From Candidatus Binatia bacterium (lineage in GTDB: Bacteria > Desulfobacterota > Binatia > Bin18): a stretch of DNA of 64,000 nucleotides. Below the pieces are notes generated by a model. It was not told the DNA's origin. It was given only the letters and a program-made list of their open reading frames with translations, and ran no database searches. The stretch is from the NCBI GenBank assembly GCA_963664395.2, contig OY761159.2, forward strand, positions 4,480,001-4,544,000. Reading direction: 5' to 3'. This document shows positions 40,864 through 51,135 of the stretch, in pieces. The position numbers were made by a program, and so were the translations under genes. Each line of letters begins with the position of its first letter. The stretch's first letter is position 1.

Positions 40864-42180
40864 TTAAATAATTCCCTTTTCCTGAAACGCGTCCATTTCT
40901 GCTTGGCTCAGACCGAGCAATTCTTTGTACACATAATCGTTATCTTCAGCATAGCACGGAGCAGCCCGTTCGGTTGGACCGCCCTGACTCACTCTCCCGT
41001 TGGTAAAATGAAACGGAATATCCTTGATCGGCCAGGTTCCAATCTCGGTGTGATTCAGTGGAATAAGCCAGTTCAAGTGCTTGAGCTGCGGGTCACGTTC
41101 AATACGATCTTGCGCGGTCTGACACACGCCGGCAGGAACGCCAGCGGCCTGTAAACGCTCTTGCAGGCCAAAGGGCTCCTGCTCCTTTGTCCATGCGCTC
41201 ACCAGACGGTCCAATTCGTCCTGATGTTTCACCCGTTCGGCCAGCGAGGCAAACTGCGTCTGTCCTGCCCAGTCGGGATTGCCCATTTCCTGTACCAATG
41301 CTCGCCACTCTTCTTCTGAGGTCGCGGCTATGGCAATCCAACGGTCATTCTCGGCGTCTTGCTCAGCGCTGGCGCAGGGATAGGCTCCGTGCGGAGCTGC
41401 GGGTTTATAGGGCGAACGATTGCCCGTGCGTTGATAGCGGCGGCCATTGACCGCATGATCCAGAACCGCGGTTCCGGTCATGCCAATGCCGGGCTCCACC
41501 TGCGAGCAATCAAGATACTGGCCCCGACCCGTCCGTTTTTTGTAGTACAGGGCCATAAGAATGGTCATGGCACAATAGTACGCGCCACTCCAATCCATAT
41601 ACGAAAAGCCCCAGCCGGCAGGGGGATGCGGCGGCGGTAAACCGGACTGTTCAGTCAACCCACTCACAGCTTGGGCAATCGGTCCATAGGAGGCGTATTT
41701 CACGTAGGGACCTGTGTAGCCCCAACCGGGTTGCTGCATATAAATAATATCCGGCTTGATGGCTTTGAGGGTGTCATAGCCGAGCCCCCATTTTTGCATG
41801 GTCTCGGCCGTAAAGGCCTCAACCACCACGTCACTGACCGCAACCAGCTTTTTGAACAGCTCGCGGCCTTGGGGCGCTTTCATATTCAGACTGACCCCAT
41901 ATTTGCCGGCATTGATATCATTGAAGTAGCCACCGCGATTGACGCTTTTGACTTTACCTGTATCCAAGCCGGTTAAGTCCATGGCGACGGCCTTTTCCGC
42001 CTGTTCTTCTTTCTGTGTGGCAAACGGCGGCATATAGCGCAGAAAATCCAGCCGGTCGCGCCATTCAATACGAATGACTTCAGCCCCAAGACTGGCTAAC
42101 AACCGCGGTCCGCCAGCCCCGGCCAGCAGCCAGGTCAGGTCTGCAATCCGAACGCCTTCAAGTGGTCTCACTTTTTTCAT
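40864..42180 (-). CDS. CoA-transferase family III (CaiB/BaiF)
   Basis: PLEGVRIADL, LASLGAEVIRIE, NAGKYGVSLN, GRGQYLD. Confidence 0.92.
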   Translation of the reverse strand: MKKVRPLEGVRIADLTWLLAGAGGPRLLASLGAEVIRIEWRDRLDFLRYMPPFATQKEEQAEKAVAMDLTGLDTGKVKSVNRGGYFNDINAGKYGVSLNMKAPQGRELFKKLVAVSDVVVEAFTAETMQKWGLGYDTLKAIKPDIIYMQQPGWGYTGPYVKYASYGPIAQAVSGLTEQSGLPPPHPPAGWGFSYMDWSGAYYCAMTILMALYYKKRTGRGQYLDCSQVEPGIGMTGTAVLDHAVNGRRYQRTGNRSPYKPAAPHGAYPCASAEQDAENDRWIAIAATSEEEWRALVQEMGNPDWAGQTQFASLAERVKHQDELDRLVSAWTKEQEPFGLQERLQAAGVPAGVCQTAQDRIERDPQLKHLNWLIPLNHTEIGTWPIKDIPFHFTNGRVSQGGPTERAAPCYAEDNDYVYKELLGLSQAEMDAFQEKGII

Positions 42181-42219
42181 GGTGATTGCGTAGGGGCGTA
42201 GCCTGCTGCGCCCTTGTGT

Positions 42220-43467
42220 TTAGACAATGCCCTTTTCTTTGAGGGCCGTCAGTTCTTCCTGGCTCAGCCCGAGCTGCTCACAAAACACCGCCTGATTGTG
42301 CTCGCCAATGAGCGGTGCCCGCGGCCCTTGCCGCCAGTCGCATTCGTTCGGCAGCATGGGTGCGCCCGTATACGTATAGGACTCGCCCAGCTCAGGATGC
42401 TCAACCTGAGAAAATGTGGCGCGGCTTTGCCACTGTACGTCGTCAGGATTTTCTTCCGGCAGCCGAATGGGAGACCAGGGAATACCCAGTTCCTGAGCGT
42501 CATGCCAGATTTCTTCCATGTCAAAGTCGGCCACGCACTCGGCTTGGATAGCGGCAAAATGCTCGGCAAAGACCCGCCCGGTGCGATTCTTGGGTGCTTT
42601 GTATTTTTCTTCGTTCAGGTCGCCGGCTTTGCCTTTGCTCTCCAGAAATCCGACCAGGGCTTCATACCCACCCGGAAACGGATTGGGCAAAATAATGGCA
42701 TAGCGCCCGTCTTTGGTTGGGAACTGCACCTCGGGTCCAATAGCCGGTTGGGCGTGCCGTCCGGTCTGGCGGTAGCACGGCGTCCGGCCATAAATCCAAT
42801 GTGGTACGTCAATCTCAGTGCAGACGCTTACCGCCTGGTGGATGGGTACTTCAATCATCTCTCCGACTTCAGTCATCTCTCGACCAATCAGCGCGCCCAT
42901 AATGGCAATAAAGGCTTGGTTGCCGCTGATGTGATAGGCGTGCCACATCTGTGGCGCGATAGGTGGTGTGTCATAGCTGCCATCTGCTTTGGGACTGTAG
43001 CCACAACACATCATTTGCCCGCCCAGCGCCAGATGGACCAAATCGTTGGCTTTATAGTCACGCCACGGACCACTGCTCCCGAACGGGGGCAGAACAACAT
43101 AAATCAGACGCGGGTTGATTTCCTGAAGGGCCTTCCAGCTCAGCCCAAGTTTTTCAAGCGTCCCCAGCGGCTGGGCGTCAATCAGGACATCCACATCGGC
43201 GATGAGCTGCTTGAGCAGGTCCGTACCCGGAGACGCTTCAATGTCAAGCGTGATGCCACGCTTGCCGAAATTATAATGCCAAAAATACAGACTGCGTTCG
43301 GGCTGGGCCTGGTCGTGATAAAAGGGACCGATCGCCCGCGTAGCCTGCCCGCCCGGCGGCTCGATTTTGAGCACATCAGCGCCAGCCCCGGCCAACAGCT
43401 TGCCACAGAACTCTCCCTTTTCATCCGCGAGTTCCAGGACTTTTACATCAAAGAGAAATCCATCCAT
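42220..43467 (-). CDS. CoA-transferase family III (CaiB/BaiF), partner subunit
   Basis: GADVLKIEPPGG, NFGKRGITLD, PFGSSGPW, APLIGEHN; start could be 43467 or 43512. Confidence 0.9.
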   Translation of the reverse strand: MDGFLFDVKVLELADEKGEFCGKLLAGAGADVLKIEPPGGQATRAIGPFYHDQAQPERSLYFWHYNFGKRGITLDIEASPGTDLLKQLIADVDVLIDAQPLGTLEKLGLSWKALQEINPRLIYVVLPPFGSSGPWRDYKANDLVHLALGGQMMCCGYSPKADGSYDTPPIAPQMWHAYHISGNQAFIAIMGALIGREMTEVGEMIEVPIHQAVSVCTEIDVPHWIYGRTPCYRQTGRHAQPAIGPEVQFPTKDGRYAIILPNPFPGGYEALVGFLESKGKAGDLNEEKYKAPKNRTGRVFAEHFAAIQAECVADFDMEEIWHDAQELGIPWSPIRLPEENPDDVQWQSRATFSQVEHPELGESYTYTGAPMLPNECDWRQGPRAPLIGEHNQAVFCEQLGLSQEELTALKEKGIV

Positions 43468-43637
43468 AGCGCTGCCCCAGGAAGGAGGGCCAGTGGCCCC
43501 CCCCTCCTTCACTCCCAGGGTTCCCCGAAGTCTCTTGGCAACTCGCTACGAGCTGCCAAGAGGGTGTCAGGAAGACGTGTGTCGTGACACTGGAGTCCTT
43601 TTCCTTTGCACCTCGTTTGATCTCAGTTCGTCAGCCC

Positions 43638-44396
43638 TCATGAGAGGACGAGTTCCTTGTCTTTATGCGAAGCGACCGGAGCAGATGCATGAGCAGGTGC
43701 ATGAGCAGGTGCATGAGCAGGTGCATCGAGAAGCGGTGCTCCGTCACTCTCAAGAATACCCAAGGCAATCGACTTTAACGGTTCCAAATACTCATCGAGC
43801 TTGGCAAAGCTGCTTAAGGCCCAATGCCGCACGGCCCAGGACTGTGCCAGCACTAATAAACAGTGGGCTTTGAGGCGGATATTACCGGCTGGAAATGCGC
43901 CCTGGGCTACACCATAGGCAATGATATCCTCGAAAAAGTGCTGAATCCGTTCTTCGCCCTCAAGGAAGCGCTTCCGTTCCGCAAGCGTCAGCGACTTTGT
44001 TTCCTGATAGGCCAGAACAGTATTACGCCGGAGTTCGTCAGTCAGCACCGCGTACTGCTCGTAGGCACGCAGAAACAGCTCGCGCGGGCTGGCGCCGTCC
44101 TGTTTGAGCCGCTCAAATTCGGCGCGCTGGTTTTGAAACCCGGTCTCAGCCCGGGACTGGCCAAAAGAGAGCAGAAAGAAGAGGACCTCTTCTTTGCTGG
44201 TAAAATAGTTGAAGACCGAGCCGACACTGAGCCCGGCCTTGTGGGCAATCTCGCGGACGCTGGTGTTGTGATAGCCGTTCTGGAGAAAGAGACCGAGGGC
44301 GGCGGCGGCAATGCGCTCCTGCCCTTCTTGCAGCCGCTTTTCGTCGGTCACCTGAGACGGGGATTTGCGTTTTTTTCGTAAGACCTGAGATTTCAC
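43638..44396 (-). CDS. TetR/AcrR family transcriptional regulator
   Basis: LFLQNGYHNTSVREIAHKAGLSVGSVFNYFTSKEEVL HTH; 12-bp tandem repeat (HAPA)x3 at 43686-43726 in the tail. Confidence 0.93.
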   Translation of the reverse strand: MKSQVLRKKRKSPSQVTDEKRLQEGQERIAAAALGLFLQNGYHNTSVREIAHKAGLSVGSVFNYFTSKEEVLFFLLSFGQSRAETGFQNQRAEFERLKQDGASPRELFLRAYEQYAVLTDELRRNTVLAYQETKSLTLAERKRFLEGEERIQHFFEDIIAYGVAQGAFPAGNIRLKAHCLLVLAQSWAVRHWALSSFAKLDEYLEPLKSIALGILESDGAPLLDAPAHAPAHAPAHASAPVASHKDKELVLS

Positions 44397-44442
44397 TCGC
44401 GAGGACCTTTCTCCGGCGTCCGACGTACAGGATAAACTGAGT

Positions 44443-44488
44443 GAATGTTCATTCCAAACTCATACGATACGCTCCAGTCTTTTGTCAA
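44443..44488 (-). promoter_or_regulatory. Putative tetR promoter and operator palindrome
   Basis: Minus-strand TTGACA (44488-44483), 18-nt spacer, TATGAG; inverted repeat GAATG-TT-CATTC at 44443-44454 just downstream. Confidence 0.5.
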
Positions 44489-44528
44489 GGCGAAAGAAAC
44501 TCGCTAGAGTAGCCTCCAGGAGCTACAC

Positions 44529-46607
44529 ATGAGACTCATTGGAGTTGACGTAGGCGGGACGTTCACAGACGCCGTCTGTGCAGACACCGAGACTGATCGT
44601 CTGGCAATCCATAAAGTGCCAACCTCCTCGGACGATCCTTCCGTTGGGGTCATGCGCGCGATTACCGAGCTGTGCCAACACCAGACCATTCCGCTCGATA
44701 GCATTGCCCTCATCTACCACGGCACCACGATCGCGACCAATGCCTTGCTGGAATATAAGGGCGCGACTGCCGGCATGATTACCACCCAGGGCTACCGCGA
44801 CATTCTCCACATCGGTCGCCACCAACGGCCGCATCACTACTCCATCCAGCAGGAGATTCCCTGGCAAGATCGTCCCCTGGTACGCCGCCGCTATCGCAAG
44901 GGCGTGCCGGAGCGACTCATTCCGCCGCATGGCGAGGTCCTGATTCCGCTCGATGAAGCCGCGGTCCGTCAGGCGGCGCGTGAGCTGAAAGACGCCAAGG
45001 TCGAATCCATCGCGGTCTGTTTTTTATTTTCGTACTTGAACGCCCGGCATGAAAATCGCGCCCGCGAGATAATTCTCGAAGAATACCCGGGGGTCTTTGT
45101 CACCACCTCAGCTTCACTCTCGCCCCAGTTCCGGGAGTTTGAACGTTTTACGACGACGGCCATTAACGCCTTTATCGGACCCAACGTCCAAGGCTATATT
45201 TCTCAATTGGAACAGCGCTTACGCACCACAGGGATTAGGGCAGAGCTGCGTATTATTCGCTCCAACGGCGGACTCGCCACGCCACGGGTGATCGCGCAAA
45301 AACCCGCCCTGACCCTGCTGTCCGGCCCGGCCGCAGGCGTACTCGGAGGAGCCTGGACAGGAGAGCGTTCGCAGCGCAGCCGACTCATTACCTTTGATGT
45401 GGGCGGCACCAGCGCTGATATTGGCGTGGTGACGGACGGGCAGTTCAGCGAAGCCACTGCCCGCGATACCTGGATAGCCGGCTATCCGGTTTTGGTCCCG
45501 ATGATCGACATCCATACCATCGGCGCCGGCGGCGGGAGTATCGCCCATATTGATCCGGGCGGAGGCTTTCGGGTCGGACCGCACAGTGCCGGCTCCCAGC
45601 CGGGCCCGGCTGCGTATGGCCGTGGGGGGACTCAGCCGACTGTCACAGACGCCAACATTCTCCTTGGTCGGCTGGACACGCAGAATTTTCTCGGCGGTGC
45701 CATGGCGCTTGATGAGGAGTCCGCCAGACGGGCCATTCATACCCTGGCAGAGCAGCTTACGCTTTCCGACCTGGAAGCGGCGGAAGGGATTGTCACCATT
45801 CTGAACAGCAATATGGCCAACGCCATACGCTCCCGCACCGTGCAAAAAGGCATTGACCCACGAGAGTACGCGCTGGTTGCCTTTGGTGGAGCAGGACCAC
45901 TTCATGGCGCAGAGGTTGCACGCCTGCTGGGAATTCCCGAGTGCATTATTCCACCCTACCCCGGCATCACCTCGGCCGTCGGGCTGCTCACCACTGATGT
46001 GAAGTACGACGCGATTCGGACCGCCTTTCAGGTCTCGACTGATTTTGATGTGCCCCGGCTCAATGCGGCCTTTACGGACATGCAGGACGAATTGCAGCGA
46101 CAGTTTACTGCTGATGGCACAGCACTGTCTCGGGTCAGCTTTGAGCGTTTTGCTGATGTCCGCTACGTCGGCCAGGGGTATGAGCTGCGGGTCGCTGTTC
46201 CCCAGGGTCAACTCGATATACCCGCACTTGACAGCGTCATCGACCGCTTTCATCGTCAGCACGAGTTGGAGTATGGTCATTTCTTTGTGGACAGCCCGAT
46301 TGAAATCGTGACCATACGCGTAGTCGGAATCGGTCAGGCGCAGAAAATCCGCGCCGCGTCTGCATCCAACTCCGGCTCGCTTCAGGCCGCGCTGGTCAAA
46401 ACCCAGCCGTCTGTGTTTCGGGTTCACACCGAGCTGCGCAGTCTGGACACGGCCTTCTACCGGCGTGAACGGCTCCCAGTGGATGAGGTGGTTGCCGGCC
46501 CGGCGGTCATCTTACAGATAGACTCAACAACCGTTATTCCGCCGGATTGTACCTTTCAGCTTGACACCCACGGAAATCTACTCATTCAGATAGGAGGGGC
46601 AGCATGA
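44529..46607 (+). CDS. Hydantoinase/oxoprolinase subunit A family
   Basis: DVGGTFTD, HGTTIATNA, LSGPAAG, FDVGGTS, PTVTDAN. Confidence 0.95.
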   Translation: MRLIGVDVGGTFTDAVCADTETDRLAIHKVPTSSDDPSVGVMRAITELCQHQTIPLDSIALIYHGTTIATNALLEYKGATAGMITTQGYRDILHIGRHQRPHHYSIQQEIPWQDRPLVRRRYRKGVPERLIPPHGEVLIPLDEAAVRQAARELKDAKVESIAVCFLFSYLNARHENRAREIILEEYPGVFVTTSASLSPQFREFERFTTTAINAFIGPNVQGYISQLEQRLRTTGIRAELRIIRSNGGLATPRVIAQKPALTLLSGPAAGVLGGAWTGERSQRSRLITFDVGGTSADIGVVTDGQFSEATARDTWIAGYPVLVPMIDIHTIGAGGGSIAHIDPGGGFRVGPHSAGSQPGPAAYGRGGTQPTVTDANILLGRLDTQNFLGGAMALDEESARRAIHTLAEQLTLSDLEAAEGIVTILNSNMANAIRSRTVQKGIDPREYALVAFGGAGPLHGAEVARLLGIPECIIPPYPGITSAVGLLTTDVKYDAIRTAFQVSTDFDVPRLNAAFTDMQDELQRQFTADGTALSRVSFERFADVRYVGQGYELRVAVPQGQLDIPALDSVIDRFHRQHELEYGHFFVDSPIEIVTIRVVGIGQAQKIRAASASNSGSLQAALVKTQPSVFRVHTELRSLDTAFYRRERLPVDEVVAGPAVILQIDSTTVIPPDCTFQLDTHGNLLIQIGGAA

Positions 46608-48406
46608 GGACCCCGGTAGACAAGGCGCCCGAGGGCCACGGTGTTGATCCGATTACGGCCAGTGTCATCCTGGGAGCGCTGGAGAATATTGCGGTTGAGA
46701 TGGGCTATAAGCTCATGCGCATGTCGTATTCGAGTATTATTCGTGAGTCTGAGGATTTCGGCACCGCCTTGGTCAACGCGCGCGGCGAACAACTATGTGA
46801 ATCCAAACAGAGCACGCCCCTTCAGTCCGGTCCTATTCCCGGCTATGTGCGGGGGATGCTCGACGCGCTCGCCAAGCGGGGAGAGTCCATACTACCCGGC
46901 GACGTCATCATGCATAACGACCCGTATGGCGGCGCCAGCCATGGCCCGGATGTCGGGTTTGGGGTGCCGGTTTTCTACCAGGATGAGTTCGTCGGTTTCT
47001 CCGTCACTACGGCCCACCATCTCGATATTGGCTGTCAGACACCGGGCAGCACCGGCATTGTTGAGGCGTTTGATGCCTATGCCGAGGGTCTGCAATTCAA
47101 GGCGATCAAGGTGTTTGAGCAGGGAAAGCGGAATGCCGCGGTGTGGCAGTTGTTGCGCGACAATATCCGCATCTCCGATCTTGTAGTTGGCGATATGGAG
47201 GCCCAGATAGCAGCCTGTCGCATTGGTGCGCAGCGTTATATCGAACTCATCGAGCGCTACGGGCTCCAAACGGTCGAAGCCGCCTGTGCCTCCTTGTTTG
47301 ATTACTCTGAGCGCCTGATGCGGCAGGCTATCGAACAGATTCCGGACGGCAGCTATGCCGCCACCGGCCATATGGATGGCTATATCGATGATCCCAGTCC
47401 GAGTCGTCGCAACCTGCCCATCTGTGTGACGCTGACGATCAGCGGCTCGGAGCTGCGCGTAGACTTGACCGGCACCGCGCCGCAGGTGTCGGACCGGCCC
47501 ATCAACATGCCGCGGGTTGGCACGGTTGATGTTGCCATTTGGCTGGTGCTGCGCTCGGTCCTGCTCGACACTGAGGTCTACGGCGATCTGCCGCAAAATG
47601 CCGGCCTCTACCGGCCGATTAAGATCATTGCGCCCCGCGGCACACTGGCGAATCCTATTTTTCCCGCACCGACCATCGCCCGCTTTGTTACCGGCAATGT
47701 CTTAAGCGATACCGTCATGAAAGCCCTGGCCCAAGCCGTCCCACGCCAAGTCAGTGCCGGCATAGGGAATCTCAAGGCCATTGCCTCAAGCGGGATGCGG
47801 AACAACAACACTCCCTGGGTGCATTTGGAAATTTTTGAAGGCAGCTATGGAGGTCGGTACGGGCACGACGGTATGGACACCGTGGATACGCTGTATGCCA
47901 ACACCCGGAATAATCCGATTGAAGACGTTGAGTCACATGTGCCGCTGCGGGTCGAACGCTACGAGTTACGCGAGGATGCGTGTGCTGCCGGGCAATGGCG
48001 GGGCGGTATGGGATCAATTAAGGAGTTGCACTATCTGACTGACGGTGGCACTTCCGTTGAAGCCGATGGTTTTGTCTATGGTGCCTGGGGTTTTGACGGC
48101 GGCGGCACGGGCATCCCCGGCACCTTGACTTTGAAGACCCTGAATGACGAAGAAATCGCCCTGCCCTCAAAGGTTCCCTATCGCAGCGTCAAAGCCGGAG
48201 AGCGCTTAATTACCATTGGTGCCACCGGCGGTGGCTACGGCGATCCCCTGCTGCGCGACCCGCAGCAGGTCCTGGAGGATGTGTTGGACGAGTACTACAC
48301 CCGAGACACCGCCCGGCGCGGATATGGCGTCGTGATTACTGAGGATATGCGGTTGGACCGTGAGGGGACGGAGCAGCTTCGGCGCGAGCGGAAGACAGGC
48401 TCATGA
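46604..48406 (+). CDS. Hydantoinase B/oxoprolinase family
   Basis: SSIIRESEDF, HNDPYGGASHGPD, HHLDIG, GGGYGDPLLRDP; ATGA overlap with the A subunit. Confidence 0.95.
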   Translation: MRTPVDKAPEGHGVDPITASVILGALENIAVEMGYKLMRMSYSSIIRESEDFGTALVNARGEQLCESKQSTPLQSGPIPGYVRGMLDALAKRGESILPGDVIMHNDPYGGASHGPDVGFGVPVFYQDEFVGFSVTTAHHLDIGCQTPGSTGIVEAFDAYAEGLQFKAIKVFEQGKRNAAVWQLLRDNIRISDLVVGDMEAQIAACRIGAQRYIELIERYGLQTVEAACASLFDYSERLMRQAIEQIPDGSYAATGHMDGYIDDPSPSRRNLPICVTLTISGSELRVDLTGTAPQVSDRPINMPRVGTVDVAIWLVLRSVLLDTEVYGDLPQNAGLYRPIKIIAPRGTLANPIFPAPTIARFVTGNVLSDTVMKALAQAVPRQVSAGIGNLKAIASSGMRNNNTPWVHLEIFEGSYGGRYGHDGMDTVDTLYANTRNNPIEDVESHVPLRVERYELREDACAAGQWRGGMGSIKELHYLTDGGTSVEADGFVYGAWGFDGGGTGIPGTLTLKTLNDEEIALPSKVPYRSVKAGERLITIGATGGGYGDPLLRDPQQVLEDVLDEYYTRDTARRGYGVVITEDMRLDREGTEQLRRERKTGS

Positions 48407-48589
48407 GGGTACGGGGATGCCGAGTTGCTTACAAATCCGCGCAGCCGTGAATTCGGGAATCTCACGATGGCGCGGAACCGAAGTCCGGCGATTGGTTGCC
48501 GGATTCTCCCAGATCGAATGTTCTCCCCCTTCCCGCACGAACCGACATCCGTGTTGACTCAAATGTCTCAGCAGATCGCGCCGTTTCAT
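48401..48589 (-). CDS. hicA: HicA family toxin (mRNA interferase)
   Basis: MKRRDLLRHL..HGC..VREGGEHSIW.NP....TSVPRHREI....ARICKQLGI. Confidence 0.92.
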   Translation of the reverse strand: MKRRDLLRHLSQHGCRFVREGGEHSIWENPATNRRTSVPRHREIPEFTAARICKQLGIPVPS

Positions 48590-48870
48590 GGTGCAGGCGA
48601 CTGAGGAACGATTCTGACATGAGACGCCGCAGTCAACAGCAGATGAATAGGCTCTTCTATGTCAGCCTCCGGATCAGTCAATGAGGGGTCGGGCTGGGGT
48701 AAAGGCTCACCCCGCAGCAGATTCGTCTCGGCCATGTCCGCCAGTGCGCTTGCCAGTAAGCGTCGGGCTTCCTCCAGGGTGGCACCACAAGTGATCGTAC
48801 CCGGAAAATCCAACACTTCGGCATGGACCCCTTGATCGAGGAATTTATACAGGGCTTTATACGTCAGCAT
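48586..48870 (-). CDS. hicB: HicB family antitoxin (short, no DNA-binding domain)
   Basis: AEVLDFPGTITCGATLEEARRLL..AL......GEPLPQP; ATGA overlap with hicA; extended -10 TGATATAGT at 48915-48907. Confidence 0.9.
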   Translation of the reverse strand: MLTYKALYKFLDQGVHAEVLDFPGTITCGATLEEARRLLASALADMAETNLLRGEPLPQPDPSLTDPEADIEEPIHLLLTAASHVRIVPQSPAP

Positions 48871-49024
48871 ATTTTATTCGCTATAGAGGGTGAGATTGAT
48901 TGATGTACTATATCAAAAACGTACTCTCAAGATATTCCGGTAACAAGGAACTCGTTGACTTTGTGCTTCTCTATGGACTTTCACACATTTCCGTGAGATA
49001 GCCTTTTCCCATAAGGATACGCCC

Positions 49025-50251
49025 ATGCAACTCAATCACGCCCGCCTGCTGAACAGCCTCACACAACTCGCCCAATTCGGAAAAGTCGGTACCGGGGTGA
49101 ATCGGCTTTCCTTTACGCCTGAAGACCGAGCCGCGCGGCAGTGGTTGTTAGAACAGATGCGCGAGGCCGGACTTGATGCTGAGATCGACGGGATTGGGAA
49201 TGTGTACGGGCGGGCACGCGGTGTGGACACAGCCGTGCTGATTGGCTCGCATACCGACTCGGTTCCGAAAGGCGGCTGGCTGGATGGTGCGATGGGAGTG
49301 CTGTACGGCCTGGAGGTCGCCCGGGCGCGAAATGAATCGAATGCCCTGCCCGGCCTCGGCGTTGACGTGATCTCCTTTGCCGATGAAGAAGGCAGCTACC
49401 GGGCGCTGGCCGGCAGCCTTTCTTTTTGCGGCGAGTTGTCGGACGCGGATATTGAAAGCGCGAAAAATACGCACGGCGTCTCACTCAAACACGCACTGAC
49501 TGAAGCCGGGTACGCCGGACAACCACGAGCCCGGATCGATCCGAGTCGGCATATGGCCTATTTTGAAGGCCATATTGAACAAGGTCCGCGTCTTGAGGTG
49601 GAAGCGCAAAAAATCGGCATCGTCACCACCATAGTCGGCATTCGCCGCAGCCGCATCACTTGTACCGGGCAGGCAGATCATGCCGGGACAACGCCCATGC
49701 ACTTGCGCAAAGACGCCGGTGCCGTCCTGATTCGGATTTGTGCCGAGCTGCTCGATCGGTTTGTGCGTGCCGGCAGCGAGCTGAGCGTGTGGAACCTGGG
49801 CCATATTATTTTTGAACCGGGTGCCGGCAATGTCGTGCCAAGTTCGGCCCAGGTCCTGGTCGAGTTCCGCGACCCTCAACCGGAAGTGCTTGATCGTCTG
49901 GAATCTGAAATCAATGCTGCGGTCGCTGCGTTTCATGGACACCAGGGCGTTACCGCTGAGGTGGCCCATCTGCTGAGCATAGCCCCGGCGGATATGGATG
50001 CCGTCCTCGTCGATAGCATTGAAAACGCGACCCGGCAGCGAGCCGTTCCGGCCCTGCGTATGCCCAGCGGAGCCGGACATGATGCCATGGTCCTGAGTCG
50101 GCATGTCGCAACCGCCATGCTCTTCATCCCCAGCATCGGCGGTCGTAGTCATGATGTAGCGGAGAACACCAGTGAAGAAGATATCTGTCTGGGCGCAGAT
50201 ATTCTGGCTGACACGGTTGAGATATTGGCCCGGCAGAAAGGACTGGCATGA
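49025..50251 (+). CDS. Zn-dependent M20 amidase (N-carbamoyl-L-amino-acid / allantoate amidohydrolase family)
   Basis: GSHTDSVPKGGWLDG, DEEG, HIEQGP, GQADHAGTTPM, SGAGHDA, GGRSH. Confidence 0.93.
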   Translation: MQLNHARLLNSLTQLAQFGKVGTGVNRLSFTPEDRAARQWLLEQMREAGLDAEIDGIGNVYGRARGVDTAVLIGSHTDSVPKGGWLDGAMGVLYGLEVARARNESNALPGLGVDVISFADEEGSYRALAGSLSFCGELSDADIESAKNTHGVSLKHALTEAGYAGQPRARIDPSRHMAYFEGHIEQGPRLEVEAQKIGIVTTIVGIRRSRITCTGQADHAGTTPMHLRKDAGAVLIRICAELLDRFVRAGSELSVWNLGHIIFEPGAGNVVPSSAQVLVEFRDPQPEVLDRLESEINAAVAAFHGHQGVTAEVAHLLSIAPADMDAVLVDSIENATRQRAVPALRMPSGAGHDAMVLSRHVATAMLFIPSIGGRSHDVAENTSEEDICLGADILADTVEILARQKGLA

Positions 50252-50982
50252 AGATCAAGGTTATCAACCCCAACACGTCCATGGAAATGACACATGCCAT
50301 TCATGCCGCAGCCCAATCCGTGGCAAGGCCGGGAACGGACATTGTTTCCGTCAGCCCTGCCTTTGGCCCTGCTTCTATTGAGTCCTATTACGACGACTAC
50401 CTGAGCATTCCCGGTCTGCTCGAAGAGATTCGGACCGGCGACACGGACGGGTACGACGCCTACATCATCGCCTGTTATGGCGACCCGGGTTTACACGCGG
50501 CGCGCGAATTAACCACCAAGCCGGTTGTCGGCATAGCCGAAGCCTCATTGTATATGGCGTCTATGCTGGCGGCGCGATTCTCTATTGTGACCGTGATTCC
50601 GCGTACACGGACCATGCTCGAAGAAATGGTCGCCGGCTACGGCTTTCGTGAGAAAGTTGTGAGTATCCGCACCTCTCCACTGTATGTGCTTGATGTGGAA
50701 AAAGACCCGGCCGGGGCGCTCGAAAAGCTGCGTATCGAAGCACGCCGGGCGCGGGACGAAGACGATGCCGAGGCCATTTTACTCGGCTGCGCCGGGTTTA
50801 CGCAGTTTGCGGATAATCTGGAGCAAGAACTCGAAATACCAGTCCTTGACGGTGTGGTATGCGCCGTCAAGATGGCCGAGTCTCTGGTCGAATTAGGCAA
50901 AACCACCAGCAAGTATAAAACCTACCGCCCACCGGAACGCAAAGCCTACAGCGGTATCTTCGAGCATTTTGGCCGGGCATAG
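50248..50982 (+). CDS. Hydantoin/allantoin racemase (Asp/Glu racemase family)
   Basis: VINPNTS, GPASIE, IACYGDPG, PVVGIAEA, LGCAG, PVLDGV. Confidence 0.93.
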   Translation: MKIKVINPNTSMEMTHAIHAAAQSVARPGTDIVSVSPAFGPASIESYYDDYLSIPGLLEEIRTGDTDGYDAYIIACYGDPGLHAARELTTKPVVGIAEASLYMASMLAARFSIVTVIPRTRTMLEEMVAGYGFREKVVSIRTSPLYVLDVEKDPAGALEKLRIEARRARDEDDAEAILLGCAGFTQFADNLEQELEIPVLDGVVCAVKMAESLVELGKTTSKYKTYRPPERKAYSGIFEHFGRA

Positions 50983-51016
50983 AGCCCATTCGGTAATACC
51001 TCCGTTTGTATTTCTC

Positions 51017-51128
51017 CCCTCACCCCAGCCCTCTCCCTCCAGGGGAGAGGGAGCAGGTATTTCCTGGCAGAGCGAGGGTAGTTTATTCGACGAGCCCCGC
51101 AGGTCGGATTAGCGGAGCGTAATCCGAC
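51017..51128. repeat. Two REP-like palindromes between convergent genes
   Basis: CCCTCACCCCAGCCCTCTCCCTCCAGGGGAGAGGGAG and GCAGGTCGGATTAGCGGAGCGTAATCCGAC. Confidence 0.8.
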
Positions 51129-51135
51129 AGCCCCA

